A stretch of DNA of 64,000 bases, from the NCBI GenBank assembly GCA_050084985.1, contig JBITNC010000002.1:11222001-11286000 (forward strand). The letters run 5' to 3'. The position numbers were made by a program, and so were the translations under genes. Source of the DNA: Nageia nagi. Lineage: Eukaryota; Plantae; Pinophyta. Within the stretch, counting starts at the first letter, position 1. Each line of letters begins with the position of its first letter. The notes under the pieces are model-generated. The model ran no database searches. It saw nothing but the letters and a program-made list of their open reading frames with translations, and had not been told where the DNA came from. Positions 1-14,029 of the stretch are shown in pieces.

Positions 1-218
1 ACTTGGTATTAAAAATACCCTTGTATGCACTCATATTGTATTTATCATTTCCTAACAACGAATCCCCTATTAATATACAGGCCTATGGATCATAAGAGAG
101 ATATAACTTCTCAGTACCAACATGAATTAATGTCTTTACTTGCAAGCTACATTGAGGATTTGAGTGCTAGGATAGGGTATATCTTTGATTCAGAAAATGT
201 TGAAATCATGTGATGAAT

Positions 219-900
219 CTAGTTCAAAAGCTTGATATTATGGAATAACACTAGAGCCAACATGGGGTATGTGTCAAATTCATCCAAAATGATGGAATGA
301 GGGATATCTCTTTTGGCTTGAATGGAACTTGAGAGCAAGTTGACCAAAATCCTCTTGATGCAGGCCCAACTCCCCCAAACTTCACATCCATAAAGCAAGG
401 CCAAAGAGACAAGAGCATGGAAACTATTAATTTTTGCCATGATATTATGGAATTGGAGTTGAACACATTCTCTACCGAGTGTGACAAATATAACATAGAT
501 TATTTTAAGATGTTGGGATCAAGCTAAAAGTACGACCTATGAAGAGCACACCCAAATAGGTATAAGAGGGCATTGTCTTGATAAGTTGCCTTTGGAAAGT
601 TAGTTGAATTTTGGAAGCATATACTCTTAACATATTGAAGGACATCACCTTCGTAGTACAAAAGGTACTTAGTGTATCAAAGTAACGTTGAAGCTTATTT
701 TTTGTATGATATAGCTAAATGACATCTACAAAGAGTGAAATTGAGCCAATGGAACCATCCAAAAAATAACCCACAATTGGTTCCAGGGTGTTTAACATTA
801 GTTGTCTAAGATCATTAGTATAGAACCCAAATAGAGGAGGTGAGAGGGGGTAACCTTGTTTGACACCAATAATGTTATAGAGCATATTGGATAAGTGAGA
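219..900 (-). mobile_element. Degenerate RTE-type LINE reverse transcriptase fragment
   Basis: FHALVSLALLYGCEVWG matches the LLYGxExW motif of RTE-clade RT C-termini. Many stops; boundaries approximate. Confidence 0.6.
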
Positions 901-959
901 ACTAACTCGAACTTGGCTAACTACCTATTAATATAATGTCATGACAAGGGATATGACAT

Positions 960-3080
960 TTTAAATTTGCAACATATGGGTAAGACATTAATGTATCATG
1001 TACACTCATCCCTACAATAGTACAACAAAAGATACAATTTGGTTGATGGATCCTTCACATGGCTCAACATGGAAAACCACTTCTTCTAGAAGCTATAATA
1101 AAAGACTCCACCACTCACTGTGTACCAAGGAACCCCTTGTAATAACTCCACTTAAGTGTCTTCAACACATAATCTTGGCACCTTCTCATTCATTGCATGT
1201 TCATGGAATGCATGTTATTTGGAATGGTCTTTATTCATTCATTAGTTTTTATTATTGTTGTTACTCAACTAAAACCTCATTTACCTATGACATTGAATGA
1301 GGTGAGTGCTTACCAATAGTCACTCATGAGTGCCCAATGGTACCACATATCATCTGTTTTGGAAGACAATCCTTCATAGCTTGCATGGATGCAATCTATC
1401 CATAGTCTCAATTGCACAAATGGACACTTTGTGATCCATAGTTTAATCATTTTGATTCACAACAAAAGGATGTAGAGACAATCTTTGTAGTTGTCCAAAT
1501 TTTTTAATGGCTTTGTATGGGTTGTCTTTGAAGACCCATTATTGTAATCAATTGAACCTTATAACTACAATGGTGCATTTGTTCCTTCATCCCATTAATA
1601 AGACCATGGGACCGTTCTTTTATCCATGGTAGTGTTGGTTGCCTGAGATGCATTATAACCAACATGATTTTGCATGTGAAGAACCACCCATGTTTGTAAT
1701 TTTTTAAGTATGAAGTTTGTAATAGTGTATTTGGAGAAATAGAGATCGTTTCATTCCATCTTTGGCATTCATTGATTGAATTTCTATTTTTATCCATATT
1801 GTGTATTTACCTTTCTAGAAAAATATGTTCACTACATTTTTCCATATTTTTCTACAAAGATAACATGTTACCTTTTTCTAGAAACTTAAACTTTTTAGTT
1901 GGTATTAGAGCTTTATGCTTTTGTTCACCATTCTTGATGCATCACAACTTTAAATTCTTAAATTGGTATCATAACCAATCCAATCTACATGGGTTCAATG
2001 ACCTTGTGTTGGCAACATGGCAACATCAAGGGGGGATCAACATATCAAATTGTCATCATTTTCATATGGAGTATAAAATATTTTACATTAACAGGGAGAA
2101 TGAAGGAATTTAATTTTTCTTTATTAATGTTGTAATATTTTATTAATTTGGAAGAAGTCAAGACCGTAGAGCCACCTTTCAATTATTCTAAATTTTTTCC
2201 ATATGCACATCCCTCCATTTTAAATTAGCAGCATATGGGTCAGACATTAATGTCTCACATACACCTCTTCTACAAGATACAATAAAAGACTCCACCGCTC
2301 ATGGATCCTTCACATGGCTCAACATGGACAACCACTTCTTCTATAAGCTTCAATAAAAGACTCCATCGCTCATACCGTACCAAGGAATCTGCTACAACAA
2401 CTCCACTCCAACATCTTAGCACGTAACCTTGGTAGTTGCTCATTCATTGCACGTTCATGAAATGCATATGCTATTTAGAGTGGTCTTTATCCATTCATTA
2501 GTTTTTCTTCTTGTTGTTGCTCATCCAAAGCCTCCTTTGCCTGTTGAATGATGTATGTGCTTACCTAGTAGTAGCCCATGAGTGCTCAATGGCACCACAT
2601 CATCTTTTTTGCAAGACAAACCTTTGTAGCTTGCATGGATGCAGTATGGCCATAATCCCAAGTTGTACAATTGAAAACTTTGTGATCCATAATTGAATCG
2701 TTTTGACACACAACAAAGAGATGTAAAGGTGATCTTTGTAACTGTCCAAGCCTTTCAATGTTTTTGTATGGGTTCTCTTTCAAAATCCATTATTTTAATC
2801 AGTTGAACCTTACAATTGCAATAATGCATTTGCTCCTTTAGCGAACTAAAAGACCATGGGACCATTATTTTATCCATGGCAGTGTTGGGTGCCTGAGATG
2901 CACTATAACCAACACGATTTTGTTATGTGAAAAACCACCCATGTTTGTAATTTCTGAAGCATGAAGTTTGTAGTAGTTTATTTGGAGAAATAGAGAGCAT
3001 TTCATTACATATTTGGCATTCATTAACTAAGTTTTCATTTTTGTCCATGTTGCGTGTTTACCTTTCTAGAAAAACATTTT
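960..3080. repeat. Diverged direct duplication (~960-1830 vs ~2220-3080, offset ~1.26 kb), probably a decayed DNA transposase fragment
   Basis: Colinear shared blocks such as catatggg..agacattaatg, ggatccttcacatggctcaacatgga, gcttgcatggatgca, aagaccatgggacc and aaccacccatgtttgtaattt. A minus-strand peptide KKWLSMLSHVKD weakly recalls the hAT TRWxSM motif. Confidence 0.6.
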
Positions 3081-3899
3081 CACGTAGAAAAATAGTAAGC
3101 TTTTGAGGACCATTTCATCCTCCTTGCACCTGACTTTATTATAGGTATTGCATATTTGATAAATTCGTTATTGTTATTTCCACCTTTTCAACGATACATT
3201 ACACCCCCATACTTGAAATATTCTAACCTTTATCCAAGTTTTTCCACAATCAACTCAATCCATACAATTTCCAGATTGATGGGGTCTTTCTTGGTGGTGT
3301 CTTGCTTTGACAATCGTACACATGGATGAGGCATAAAATCCACAAACCAAGGTCAGAAGTATCACCATCAAATTGGAAGAACAATGATATCTACTATCGG
3401 AAGTGAAATTTCCAAGCAAGGTCATATTGGCAATGGTGCCCAGAGAGATAGGAGGCAAGAACAACCATCTAAAACAAGTAAAGGAAGAGGATAAGGAAAG
3501 AAAAATTTCTCCGAGAAATTAGAGAGTAAATGAAGGATTGCAAGAGAAAACCAATGAAAACAAAGAGTATCTTAACCTTGCTACCAAAGAAAAAATAAGA
3601 TTATACCATACTCACCATAGAAATTTTGATGGTTTTACAAGCATGTTGTATGCACTTTATTGATCCAATACGAGAAAAATTGAACCAAGTGGGGGGAAAT
3701 ACGAGCAATTCATATAAAGCTTCTAGAAGAATCCAATGACTTTATTGCGGAATGCACAATCTTGGAAGAGGAGGTTCGAATCTGACAGACATCACTGAAT
3801 ATTAGCTAAGAACTCAATCTTGAAATCATGAAGTAGATAGCATACCATGAGGGTCAAGGTTTGGTATAGGAGTCTCAAAGCGTCAAGCACCTCTTCATG

Positions 3900-4050
3900 A
3901 AAGGGCAAAAAGCCATGAATGTTGATGTCAAGTATATGTGCAAATATTGTTGAAGAAAAGATCATGACAGAAGTTGGTGTTCAAATGTGAATCCTTACAA
4001 GTATTGTGGCAAAAACAACCATGGTGATACTCTATTATTAGCTTGAGAGC
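3900..4050 (+). mobile_element. Decayed LTR-retrotransposon gag zinc-knuckle fragment
   Basis: CKYC*RKDHDRSWC and YCGKNNH are CX2CX4HX4C-like remnants. Confidence 0.35.
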
Positions 4051-6405
4051 TAACGCATATGGATCAGAACTTGTGGTCAACATAGACTTTGGTTGAACTA
4101 CCAAAGCAAGTGAAGCATCACTTCAACCCCTTACTGATCTCATTCATATGTATCCGTTGCAGTAAGAAGCATCACTTCAACCCCTTACTGATCTCATTGA
4201 TATGCATCCATTGCATTGAGAACATTTAAGAGAGGAAGTTTGATCCATAAGGATCAAATTCAACTTTAGAATATCAAATCTTTAGTTACAAATCAACTTT
4301 AACTTTGAAGTTAAAATACCAACAGACTCTTTACAAGCCGTCAAGGCCATTCATAAGTCATCAAACACATTCTATTTAATGAAATAATATTTCATCAAGT
4401 GAAGGAAATTAGAGGAAGAAGAGAAGATGCAAAGAGCGATGGCTTGTTTTCAATAACAAATTCAAACCTTTATATAGAGATCACATCTTAAGACATCTCT
4501 TACATAGGCATACCTCTGTACATCCCTATATTGTGTTCTATTTATTATACACACTTCTATAATACAACATGCCAATATTTTGAATTTGTAACTTGTCTTT
4601 TTACTGGGTGCTTGTTTCAATTTCATGTGCAACTATCTCTCGTAGGATTCCTTGGTAATGGATGTTCACATCTCACAACACATTGGTTTCATAGATTTTA
4701 TGTATAGCCACAGGAATTTGCCTACCCGTTCAAACTTCAGATCAATGATGAAGTCAAGTTCAAATCCAACAGAAGTTTTGAAATTTTTAAATGAATATAC
4801 AATTGACAGTGGCATAATAACATATGCTACAATTACAACAGGCAAATAAACTATCATGAGATATATTAATTAGGAATAACAAAGTATTTGAACCATTACA
4901 AATTGCATAATAAAAAATCACCTATGACTTCTCTTCAAACTTTATCTGGTTCAATGATCATGATTTTTTTTTAACGTTCTAAAGATGAACAACAAAATTC
5001 CATTGGCATCATTTGATTATAAGATGTTCCTATCTGTTGACTTGAGTTATTATGTATATTTCTATAAATTCTTATGAATGTACTTATTACACAACAGTTA
5101 TGTTGGACATCCATCATCTTCACACCATCCATTAATTGCATTTTTTTTGAAAGGATGGATACAGCTACAAACGAGGAAATTAATGTTAGTGGCCACTGTA
5201 TTTTAGCTAATACGAGTTTCACTCGTGTCCATAATAATAAAAATAAAAAATTAACACCTGATGACCGTATACTAAGCCCCTTGGAGCAACTACAGAGCAT
5301 AATTTTGTATAAGAGAAAGTTAATTACCTTAACCTTGTTCAGCAATCGTGGATAAGGCAGGATGTCACTTCCAAACAGAACACTGAATGCAAAAACACCA
5401 AACAGAATATATGGCTTCTCTTGAATAATCAGTAGCCATGTCATACATGATATCCTGCTAAGGATATTCAGTTCAAAACAATCCAAAATCGCATGGCAAA
5501 GGTCTAAGGAATATGAAGTGAATGGTGAACCTCAACTGCATGTTATTCACTGAGATACTAAGAGTAACAAAACTATATAGTAGCCACACTGAAAGCGGTT
5601 CAAATAGAAATTAAATGTAGTGGGTAAATCTTTATAAAATGAAATATTTTTTTTCCATAGCCCATATTCCATGTAAGGATATTAAACACAGCAATGTAAG
5701 TACTAACAGACATCATCGATATATTTAGTTGTATATTAAAACAATAAAAGAAGGCTCAAGAATTCATGTTAAAACAAACACCCGTAGAAACAATCTTCTA
5801 AACTAACAGATGCATGTAGACACATTTTACAGACATACTAAAACGAATTTTTTGGAAACATATGATGTTTTATAAATATCATTAGATATTGGCAAATGCA
5901 TAGTCATCGACTTTTAAGAATTTAAATTTAGAGCAAGTGGAAACAAAAAGATTTATCGGTTAAATCTTTGATGTAGCCATTATTTCATTTCACCCACAGA
6001 TGAGACGAGCACATAATTGTTTATTTGATTAGATTTAATATAAACATTCAACATGTTATCAGCTTCAGAACATTATCCGTCTTCAAAAACATCAATCAGC
6101 AAGGTTTGATTCTGGAGAATCTCGACAAGGTTACAAAAGTTACAAATGCTTAGCCTACAATGTCATTTATTAGATGCCATCTGAATGCCATAATTTTGCA
6201 GATCCCTCTCAAATTCCCACAACCCACCTAGTTTCAAAACATGATGCACAGTAGCATTTTAGCTGTGCATTTAACCTCTACATATACTTGTATTCTTATT
6301 GACGATGAAGCCTTAAGCTGACTCATCGTAGAGAATCTACAATCATCTTAATTTCTTGTGATTAGAGGAGGATTTTGAGACTTGCTGGACACATTCCACA
6401 TCGAT

Positions 6406-6604
6406 TTACAGGATTGCAGGTTGTTTGTTACCATATTGTGCCAATTCCACAGATGGGTGCACGTAATCGTACACAGAGATTTCATCAAAGTCATTTGGCA
6501 AGGACTCCCAATGTAAATTTGGAACCCAATTAGCATTTTTCAAGACCTTCAGAAGCTCCTCCAGCAGAATCTGGTTGCCAACAGGACTCAAATGATAGCC
6601 ATCG
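6406..6604 (-). CDS. SGNH/GDSL esterase, last coding exon with block V catalytic Asp/His (DGYH)
   Basis: ttgcag|C GAT GGC TAT CAT, phase 2. (S)DGYHLSPVGNQILLEELLKVLKNANWVPNLHWESLPNDFDEISVYDYVHP...AIL-stop. The W.P.LHW.S.P tail resembles the CPRD49-type subfamily. Confidence 0.93.
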
Positions 6605-9600
6605 CTGCAAATAATTTGGAAAGCCCAAAAGGTTAACAGCAAAAAACTTGATTGCATGAGATGGTAAATTAAGTGTACATAAGTGTACTGCATTACTTCA
6701 TGAGTTTTAATTTAATATGTGACATCAATAAACTTACAGCATCCCCTGACTGCAATAATGTTAAATGAGTTCTCTATGTTCATGCTTGATATTAAAAACC
6801 AGTTACAGACAAATGACCACCATGAACTTGTTTGTTTAATATCTATTGTAAATTGTAAATGAAAACATTCGTTTGGGAAAACATGTTTGATTCATCCAAT
6901 TTCCCACTAACTTGTATAAGAGAGTTTTGAGGAAAATTTGATGACCACATCTTATACCTATCATGTTTGTTGTATTTACTGGAGACTCCGATCATTCTTT
7001 TATGGAATTTCAAAGAGTAGTCGATCAACCCCCATATCAATAGTCAATCAATCATAGTGAATTTATAGTGGCTTTCAAATACTATTAATACTAACAAAGC
7101 TTCTACCACGAAGAAAATGTGAAAAATTTCCTCATTAATCTTAATTGTAAATCCTCATGTTTCTCCATGTCACATGTTTCTTTGATGTGCATCTTTAACA
7201 TCTAGAAGACTCTGAAAATAAGTTACACGCACTGACATTAACCAAATGTGTGTAATTAATTGACAGAAATCTACAACTAAACTAAGAAGAAAGGATCTCA
7301 ATAATCTGAATGTATTAATATAGTATAAATTTATAATAATTAATTGCTCTTTTTCAATATTTGAGATACCCGAAACAGACTCCCTCCCATTGAGTGCTTT
7401 CTACAGCACATGGATAACACTTTATTGATCACCAAACTCGAGTCTTCATTCTAGCTCTGAAATAGGATATGAGTAGGGAAGTAATTTTTTTGTTCATACA
7501 TCTACTTCCTAAATTTAGTTACTTCATTTGCTCACTTGTGAGCGATGGCAAGGTCATTAGCATCTCACTCCAAAAACATTGTTTTGGTGCTTAACCAAAA
7601 CTAATACAGCCCAATGAAGTACCATTACAATGATTATTTTAAATTTTAAATCAAACTATAGAATGGAAGACTATAAAAAAGAAATGGACTAACATTCTCA
7701 GATGATTCACTTGGATGAACCTACTCTCATTTTAAGGCTGTAGGATGTGACAAACTCAATTAAGGGCAAAGAAAGCAGCTAAGCTTCTACTTTGAATTGG
7801 GAAAACATAGGAATATTACAGCCACATTATCTTCAAATAAGTCTAGATGTGCTATTCAAAGTTTTTATATGATTGTTTCCATCTCCGTGGATTCAAAATG
7901 AAACCTGTTCCTTCCACTGATAGATATGTGGATTAGAACAATGGAATTTGAATTTACATCCTTTTTCACAAACAAGACCTTATCTGTTATCTTACAAGCT
8001 ATTAAATTAGACATTCTAGTTTGTAAGTGATCTACATTGAATACTATACGAACATGCTCCTTTTTTTCTGGCTATAATGAGGCCTACAACTTTTCATTCT
8101 ATGAAATTTCACAAACAAGTATTGTCAATCAATCCCCATATATTATCAGTATATGATAACATAGCATTGAAGTCATTCTTATTTAGAATACCATTTGGAG
8201 ATACTGCTTGGGCATTGCGAAGCCATGCTTTCCTTCATCACCATATCTCACAAATCGAAGCATTGCAGACCCAAATCAAGACGTAGTTGTAGTCTTGTAG
8301 AGAAGCATCAAATTGTTCAAACAAGAAATTGCGAATAAGGCTTAAATAAATCTATTGTCGTAGGTACAACTAGATGAATTTCAGGGTGTAATAATATGTC
8401 ACTAATTGGTTGGCTATTAATGTGCAACTGTACCAAGCAAACTAGTTGGAGTCTCCCAATGTAGACCATATAGTCTTTCATTCTGGATAGCATTCAAACT
8501 TGTTCACAAATTTTGGAGATGCACAAACATTGGTGTTTGTTACATCTTGATTTGTATTTAGCTTATGTTCGACAAAGTATCTCCTCAATTCAATGAACAA
8601 TCCTGCTGTCTGTCTTTGCAGGCCTGTTCTTTACACATTAGAGTTCCTTTTACTTGCATGTTGCTGTCATATTTCGTGTTTTACATTTCTGTTCTGTTGC
8701 AAACATTATTCACAGCCTTGTTCCTGCTGTAACTATTCCCTACGCAGTTTATATGTCATTCTGTCCCATCCTCTTGTTACTCTCCATATCAGAATACCCT
8801 CAACCTGTAACCTACAGACCTGAGAGTATTTCTTGAGCCGAGTGTCTGTACATGGAAACCTCACAGGACTTGCAGACGCTGTTAACACCCCAAAACATGT
8901 TGACAACCTGTTGGATGAATGGCCATGATGGAGCAATTGGAGACAGAACTGCAAAGCCAAGTTTCAGGTCTCCAAAATCAGTTGTTTGAGAAAAATATAA
9001 TTATTGACGCTCATTGACATTAGATTCAAGCGCTTGAGAAAAGAATGGCTATTCTTGAACAACACTAGCACGCTTCTCATCGAGAATTCCAAGGTTGATT
9101 TCTGTAATACAGAAAAAACAGGATATGGTTCTCATATTGCACGAAAATCTGAAGCATAAAACAACCACCTGCCTATAGTCACTCGACACAAGTTGAAGAG
9201 CACAATTTGTAGGTACAACTTACAAGTAGTCAAAGGAATGAAGACTTAATGTGTAATTAGCGGTGCAAACAAAATTCGAAGAAGGTAAGGCACTTTAATC
9301 CAAGAGTTTCAAGACTACCAAAAACTACAAACCATTTGCTTAACACTTTGGATCTCAAGGACATTGTCAAGGCATGGTTCACCTTGGATGGCACTCTGCT
9401 TATTCACCTTCAATCCAGTGAAGAACATTTGAGAGCCAAATAGCTGTTCACTCTTCCCACTGGGATTTACCTAGATTGGGATGTCACACAACTCCAAATG
9501 GAGGAACTCCAAAAGATACATGCTTTCGTTATAGCTACACAAAAGATGGTAAATGGACAGCTAATGTAACTACAAGACAGTGATATGTATTTCCCCCCAC

Positions 9601-10013
9601 TAAAATGGCCACAGATCCTACTAGGCAAAAACATCTTTGTCACCTGCTAGAATTGTGATAAGGCTATTAGGTCTTCTCGGAGTACTTTCCATAATTTTGT
9701 TTCCTCATGAGACCTTATCTTCTTGATTTAGACAAATGAGACCCTGAGCATGGACTTCCTCATGTCATTGGCTACAACAAGATCTTAGCTATGAAATCAA
9801 GTGATCATGGTTCTAGAAGCATGGCCTGCCTCATTCACGAGTGCCTGCACTCTCAAGCAACTTTGGTGGCATCTAATGAACATACTGAATCTACATGTTT
9901 TTGTATTCAAAGTGGTCCTCATCTTCGGGACATCTTTATTGTCATTTTTACTTTCCTCTTGCTTCATCATTTACTATTTATTCTGATGGTAACAGCGCAT
10001 TTTACTGCAAACA

Positions 10014-11381
10014 TGTAGAATTCCAAATACATATTCAAGTGCAATTAAACCAAAACACATAAGTATGCACCACCGTCTGGCCTAGAAGGGCAATTACAAG
10101 CATCAAACACCTCAATATGCCAAAATTAAGGTTAGGGCACCAAATACAAGCTCAATCAACATACAAATGCCAACTTTTGGCTCATACATGCATTAATGAT
10201 CAAATACACCACACCGTTGCAAATATGGACAAGTGCACAATAGAATATGAGATCCAATAGCTCATGGCTTGTATTAATGATACAGAATGGACAATGATAC
10301 AATACCAGGCCCGCACGGCTCAACGTTGGCCTCCAAGGAGCCAACTAGGGCACAATGAATGTGATCAATGCTGGCCGGACAGAAAACTTAATGGAACAAC
10401 CTCACTCCCTCAGAATCGGAATCCTCTCCACCGAAGGAGCTCTCTCCAAACCTTGGCGACCAACTGAATGGTAGGAATGTGACCTCGGTATGCCATCGGA
10501 TGGACTAAGATGTTGCACCTTAGCCGTAGAACAACAGGATCCCTCAGCCTATTAACCATCCTAGATGTTGCACCTAGGGATGTTGCTTGACGCTATGCCA
10601 AGACTTCTATCCACTGGACGGTATGAGTAATAATCAATAATCTGTATATCCAACAATGATGCTAACCTTCTTTATATAACAATTCTTGGATCTGGATCTT
10701 ACCTAGAAATCATCACTCTAACCTCCTAGTCCAACGTTAGCCTCCTAGAGGCCCTCAAATGCCCAAACATGGGGTTAAATATGCCCTAGGTATCATATAT
10801 ATGACAATGTTGTCTAGGGATGCCAATAATTACAAGATCCAATGGTTAGATATGCAACACCTCATTATTGGAGATTAATATTGCATTTACAATTATTAAT
10901 TAAATTGGAATCATATATTACAATTCAAACAAGTGACCCCCATAAAACATACTAAATCCTTTCTTAATTACCAAGCTCACACCTAAATATAACTCATAAT
11001 TAATTCCTATCCCAAGGAGTGGGACGTCACATCTCAAGCGGTCAATATGGAGATGTTTCTAGATTTCCGTGAGCGGCCACAATATGGAAGACTAGTCCAA
11101 CTAGCAAACTTCAAGAGACCATAACTCTTTCGTTTCCTGATGAAAACATGTCATGTAACCTAGCAAAACATTACCACGAGATGCCCTATCCAAAGAACAA
11201 ATCAAATCAACTCTCCAAGACTTGTGGTGAACTCTATCCTCAAATAATTCATCCTAAGCTTGGGAGGAAGTTGTCCCACTTTGGGGCTCACAATGTGGAT
11301 CCATAGGACCATTATATTCTATCCCAAGTAACTAGCAACATATAGATACATAAATAGAATATTTACAAAAGGGATGTTCCA
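10014..11381 (-). mobile_element. Solo LTR, family B copy 1 (1,368 bp)
   Basis: TG...CA ends and perfect TSD AAACA (10009-10013 / 11382-11386). Homologous to 35447-36678 and, inverted, to 56357-63579. Orientation inferred from TATA-like ttatataa near 10672. Confidence 0.8.
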
Positions 11382-14029
11382 AAACAACTGCCCATGGGTG
11401 GAGCCCTATCAGACTCCTGATCTAGACCTAGCTTAACCGACCTCCATACACCCATGCACCCTACATGCCCGCACGTGTATAGCTCTCCCTCTATAGCTAT
11501 CCATTTACAGCTATATGTTATATATTATATGCAATTAAACGAATAAGTTGTAAGCTATAACAAATGAGTTGTATTTGTTGTAAGCTATAACATATGAGCT
11601 GTAAGCTATAAGCTATGAAATTCATTTCTCAATGAACTTCCATATTTTCTGGATTTTGGCAGGATCACTCAATTTCTATGAAGGGGCAAAGTGAGTCTTG
11701 TTGCAATCAACTATATTCTTGCAAGCAAGCCCTTCCTTTTCTAGACTCCAACATTTCACTTGCTTTCAACATGGGAGAGCAATGAGTGTGGTTGACTATG
11801 ATCTCGCTAGCAAGCCCTTGATTTCACATATTGGAAACTTTCAAAGATCTAGCCAACTTCTCCGTGCTAACCAAGTAGTTTTGATATTTTCCATTGATAT
11901 CTCCCCTTCATTATCTTCTACCCCTCTCCTTGAAGGCTCCCTTGTATCCACCACATTACTATTTATTTGAATAATTCCCATCCACCTTTCCTAATCTAGG
12001 TACCAGTCTCTTTCCCTCCCATAATTGCCAAATATTATTTTTTGTCTCTTCTTAGTTCGGGCTTGGATAATCTCTATCTCTATAGAATCAGTGATCTCTC
12101 TATTCGATTCATTTCAGACAACTTCGTTCCCTAGTTTAATAAACTCTTTATTCCATCTGGGTGGGTAGGGTGGCCCTTATTATTCGGGTCAAAGGAGTAG
12201 GAAATGCTACTCACAAGGTTTGGTAATACCGTTAATGCGTATATGATCAGGAAACAAACTATCTACGTATTAACGTAAGGGCGTATGATGTGAATGGTGA
12301 ATGGACGAATCCGAGCAAATCATGACAATAGCCCTACTATTATTATTCATACTTCATGGAAGGCGACCCTCAACTCCGTCGTAACTTCCAACAATCTAAG
12401 CCATCATATAATTTTGGCTCTTGTCCTATTAATCATTGGCAATGAGCGTAAATATGTGGGTAAAAGACTCCATTTTCTTTTAGCACATGAGCAAGCCATC
12501 GTATCTTCCATGCATACAGAACATCAACAACTCCTTTGATGTAAGAAACATATCTTTCAACATGACCTTAATGCTCTCCATAACTCTCCCATGATCTTTT
12601 CATACACACTCCTACCTAGGAAACCATTTCTTTGTATATTCAATCCCATTCTTAGGTCTCACATGCCAATTCCCTCTCTAATATTCCAAAGTAACCTGCA
12701 ATTTATGTTGCCTCTTCCCATGCGAACATCTTCCAACTTCTTCCCATGTGAACATCTTCCAACTTCTTCCCAAGTGTCAAGGAGAGCTATACAAAAACTA
12801 AGTATCAACAACAAAATTTCTTGCCAACCCTTCGTTGTTTGACTTGAGGTTGATTCTTCTCTATTTAGCTTGGGAGGAAGATTTGCATCCATCTCATTCT
12901 CACATTTTGATTATGAGTCCTAATAGGACCCAAAACTTCAATGCTATGAACTCTTAAGCAGGTTCACCAAAAATCTTTTATAATCAGCAAAGGTTGTCAA
13001 TGTTAAACAATACAAAGATGAGTATCAAATTATATCATTGACTTACATACATATTGTTGTGCTCGCACAACACACCCCAAGATGCAGTATTTTGGGGACT
13101 CAATTTTTTTCAAATAGCAATGAGCAACATTGCCTGGGCATGATCAACTTACGATCGATATGGAGACCCAGAACAGCGAGATGATCAAACAATGCATGAG
13201 CATGCCTCAGAGTCATGGAAATAGTTCAGCTTAACCAGTGGCCAAGTCAGGGCTCGGTCTTGAGCAATGTCCCAAAGGACGAAGTTGTGGATTGCGACAA
13301 CAACCAGATAGTGGAGTTTTGAGCGAATGGTCATCAAGGCAGAAAAGGGGTCATTTTGGCAAGTTTGAGCCCGGAAGCAGTGGATACATTTAAGATGATG
13401 AAAATGTGAGTTTTGTACAAATTGAGCCCAGAATGTAGAGCCAAGAAGCGCGTTTTTGTCAATTTTGAGCCCGGAGACCCAGAAGATGGTCAATAGCATG
13501 GAAAAACGCATTTTGGTCAATTTTGAGTCCAACAATGGTCAGTATAGTGAAATTGTGCATTTTTGCACAATTTGGGCCCAAAAAGCTCAGAAATGACCAA
13601 AAATGCAAGTTTGATCTCAAAGTGCTCGGAAATGCCCGGAAAGGCCGGAAATGAGCGTTTTGGCATATCTTGATTCCATAATGGCCGGAAATGTAGATTT
13701 TGAGCTCAAAATGCCGGAAATGATCATTTTTTCACCATTTGAGCTCGAAAATGTCCGGAAAAGCCGAAAATGGTCAAAATTCATGCTTAGAGCCGGAAAT
13801 GTTGGAAATGCACCGTTTGGGCTTGTAAAAGATGGAGAAAGTTGGGAATGTACAGTATAGCCCAGGATGAACAAGGAAAACAAGTTTGAACGCCCTTGTG
13901 GGCCAAGATCAAGAAATGAGCGTTTTGGCCTCTAAAAAGCTTCAATTCGAGCTCCAAAAATTGAGATTTTTCCAAAATGCTCGAAATGAAAATCCGAGAG
14001 AGAGGTGTGGTGCCAAAAGACAAATTAAG

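Noticed and set aside
4971-5486. 171-aa ORF and overlapping ORFs as real genes
   Set aside because: No recognisable domain, AT-rich composition and no splice support. Likely chance ORFs, as are most short ORFs in the track.
8440-9900. Copia RT/gag remnants
   Set aside because: Only faint motif traces with no boundaries, too decayed to support as a feature.
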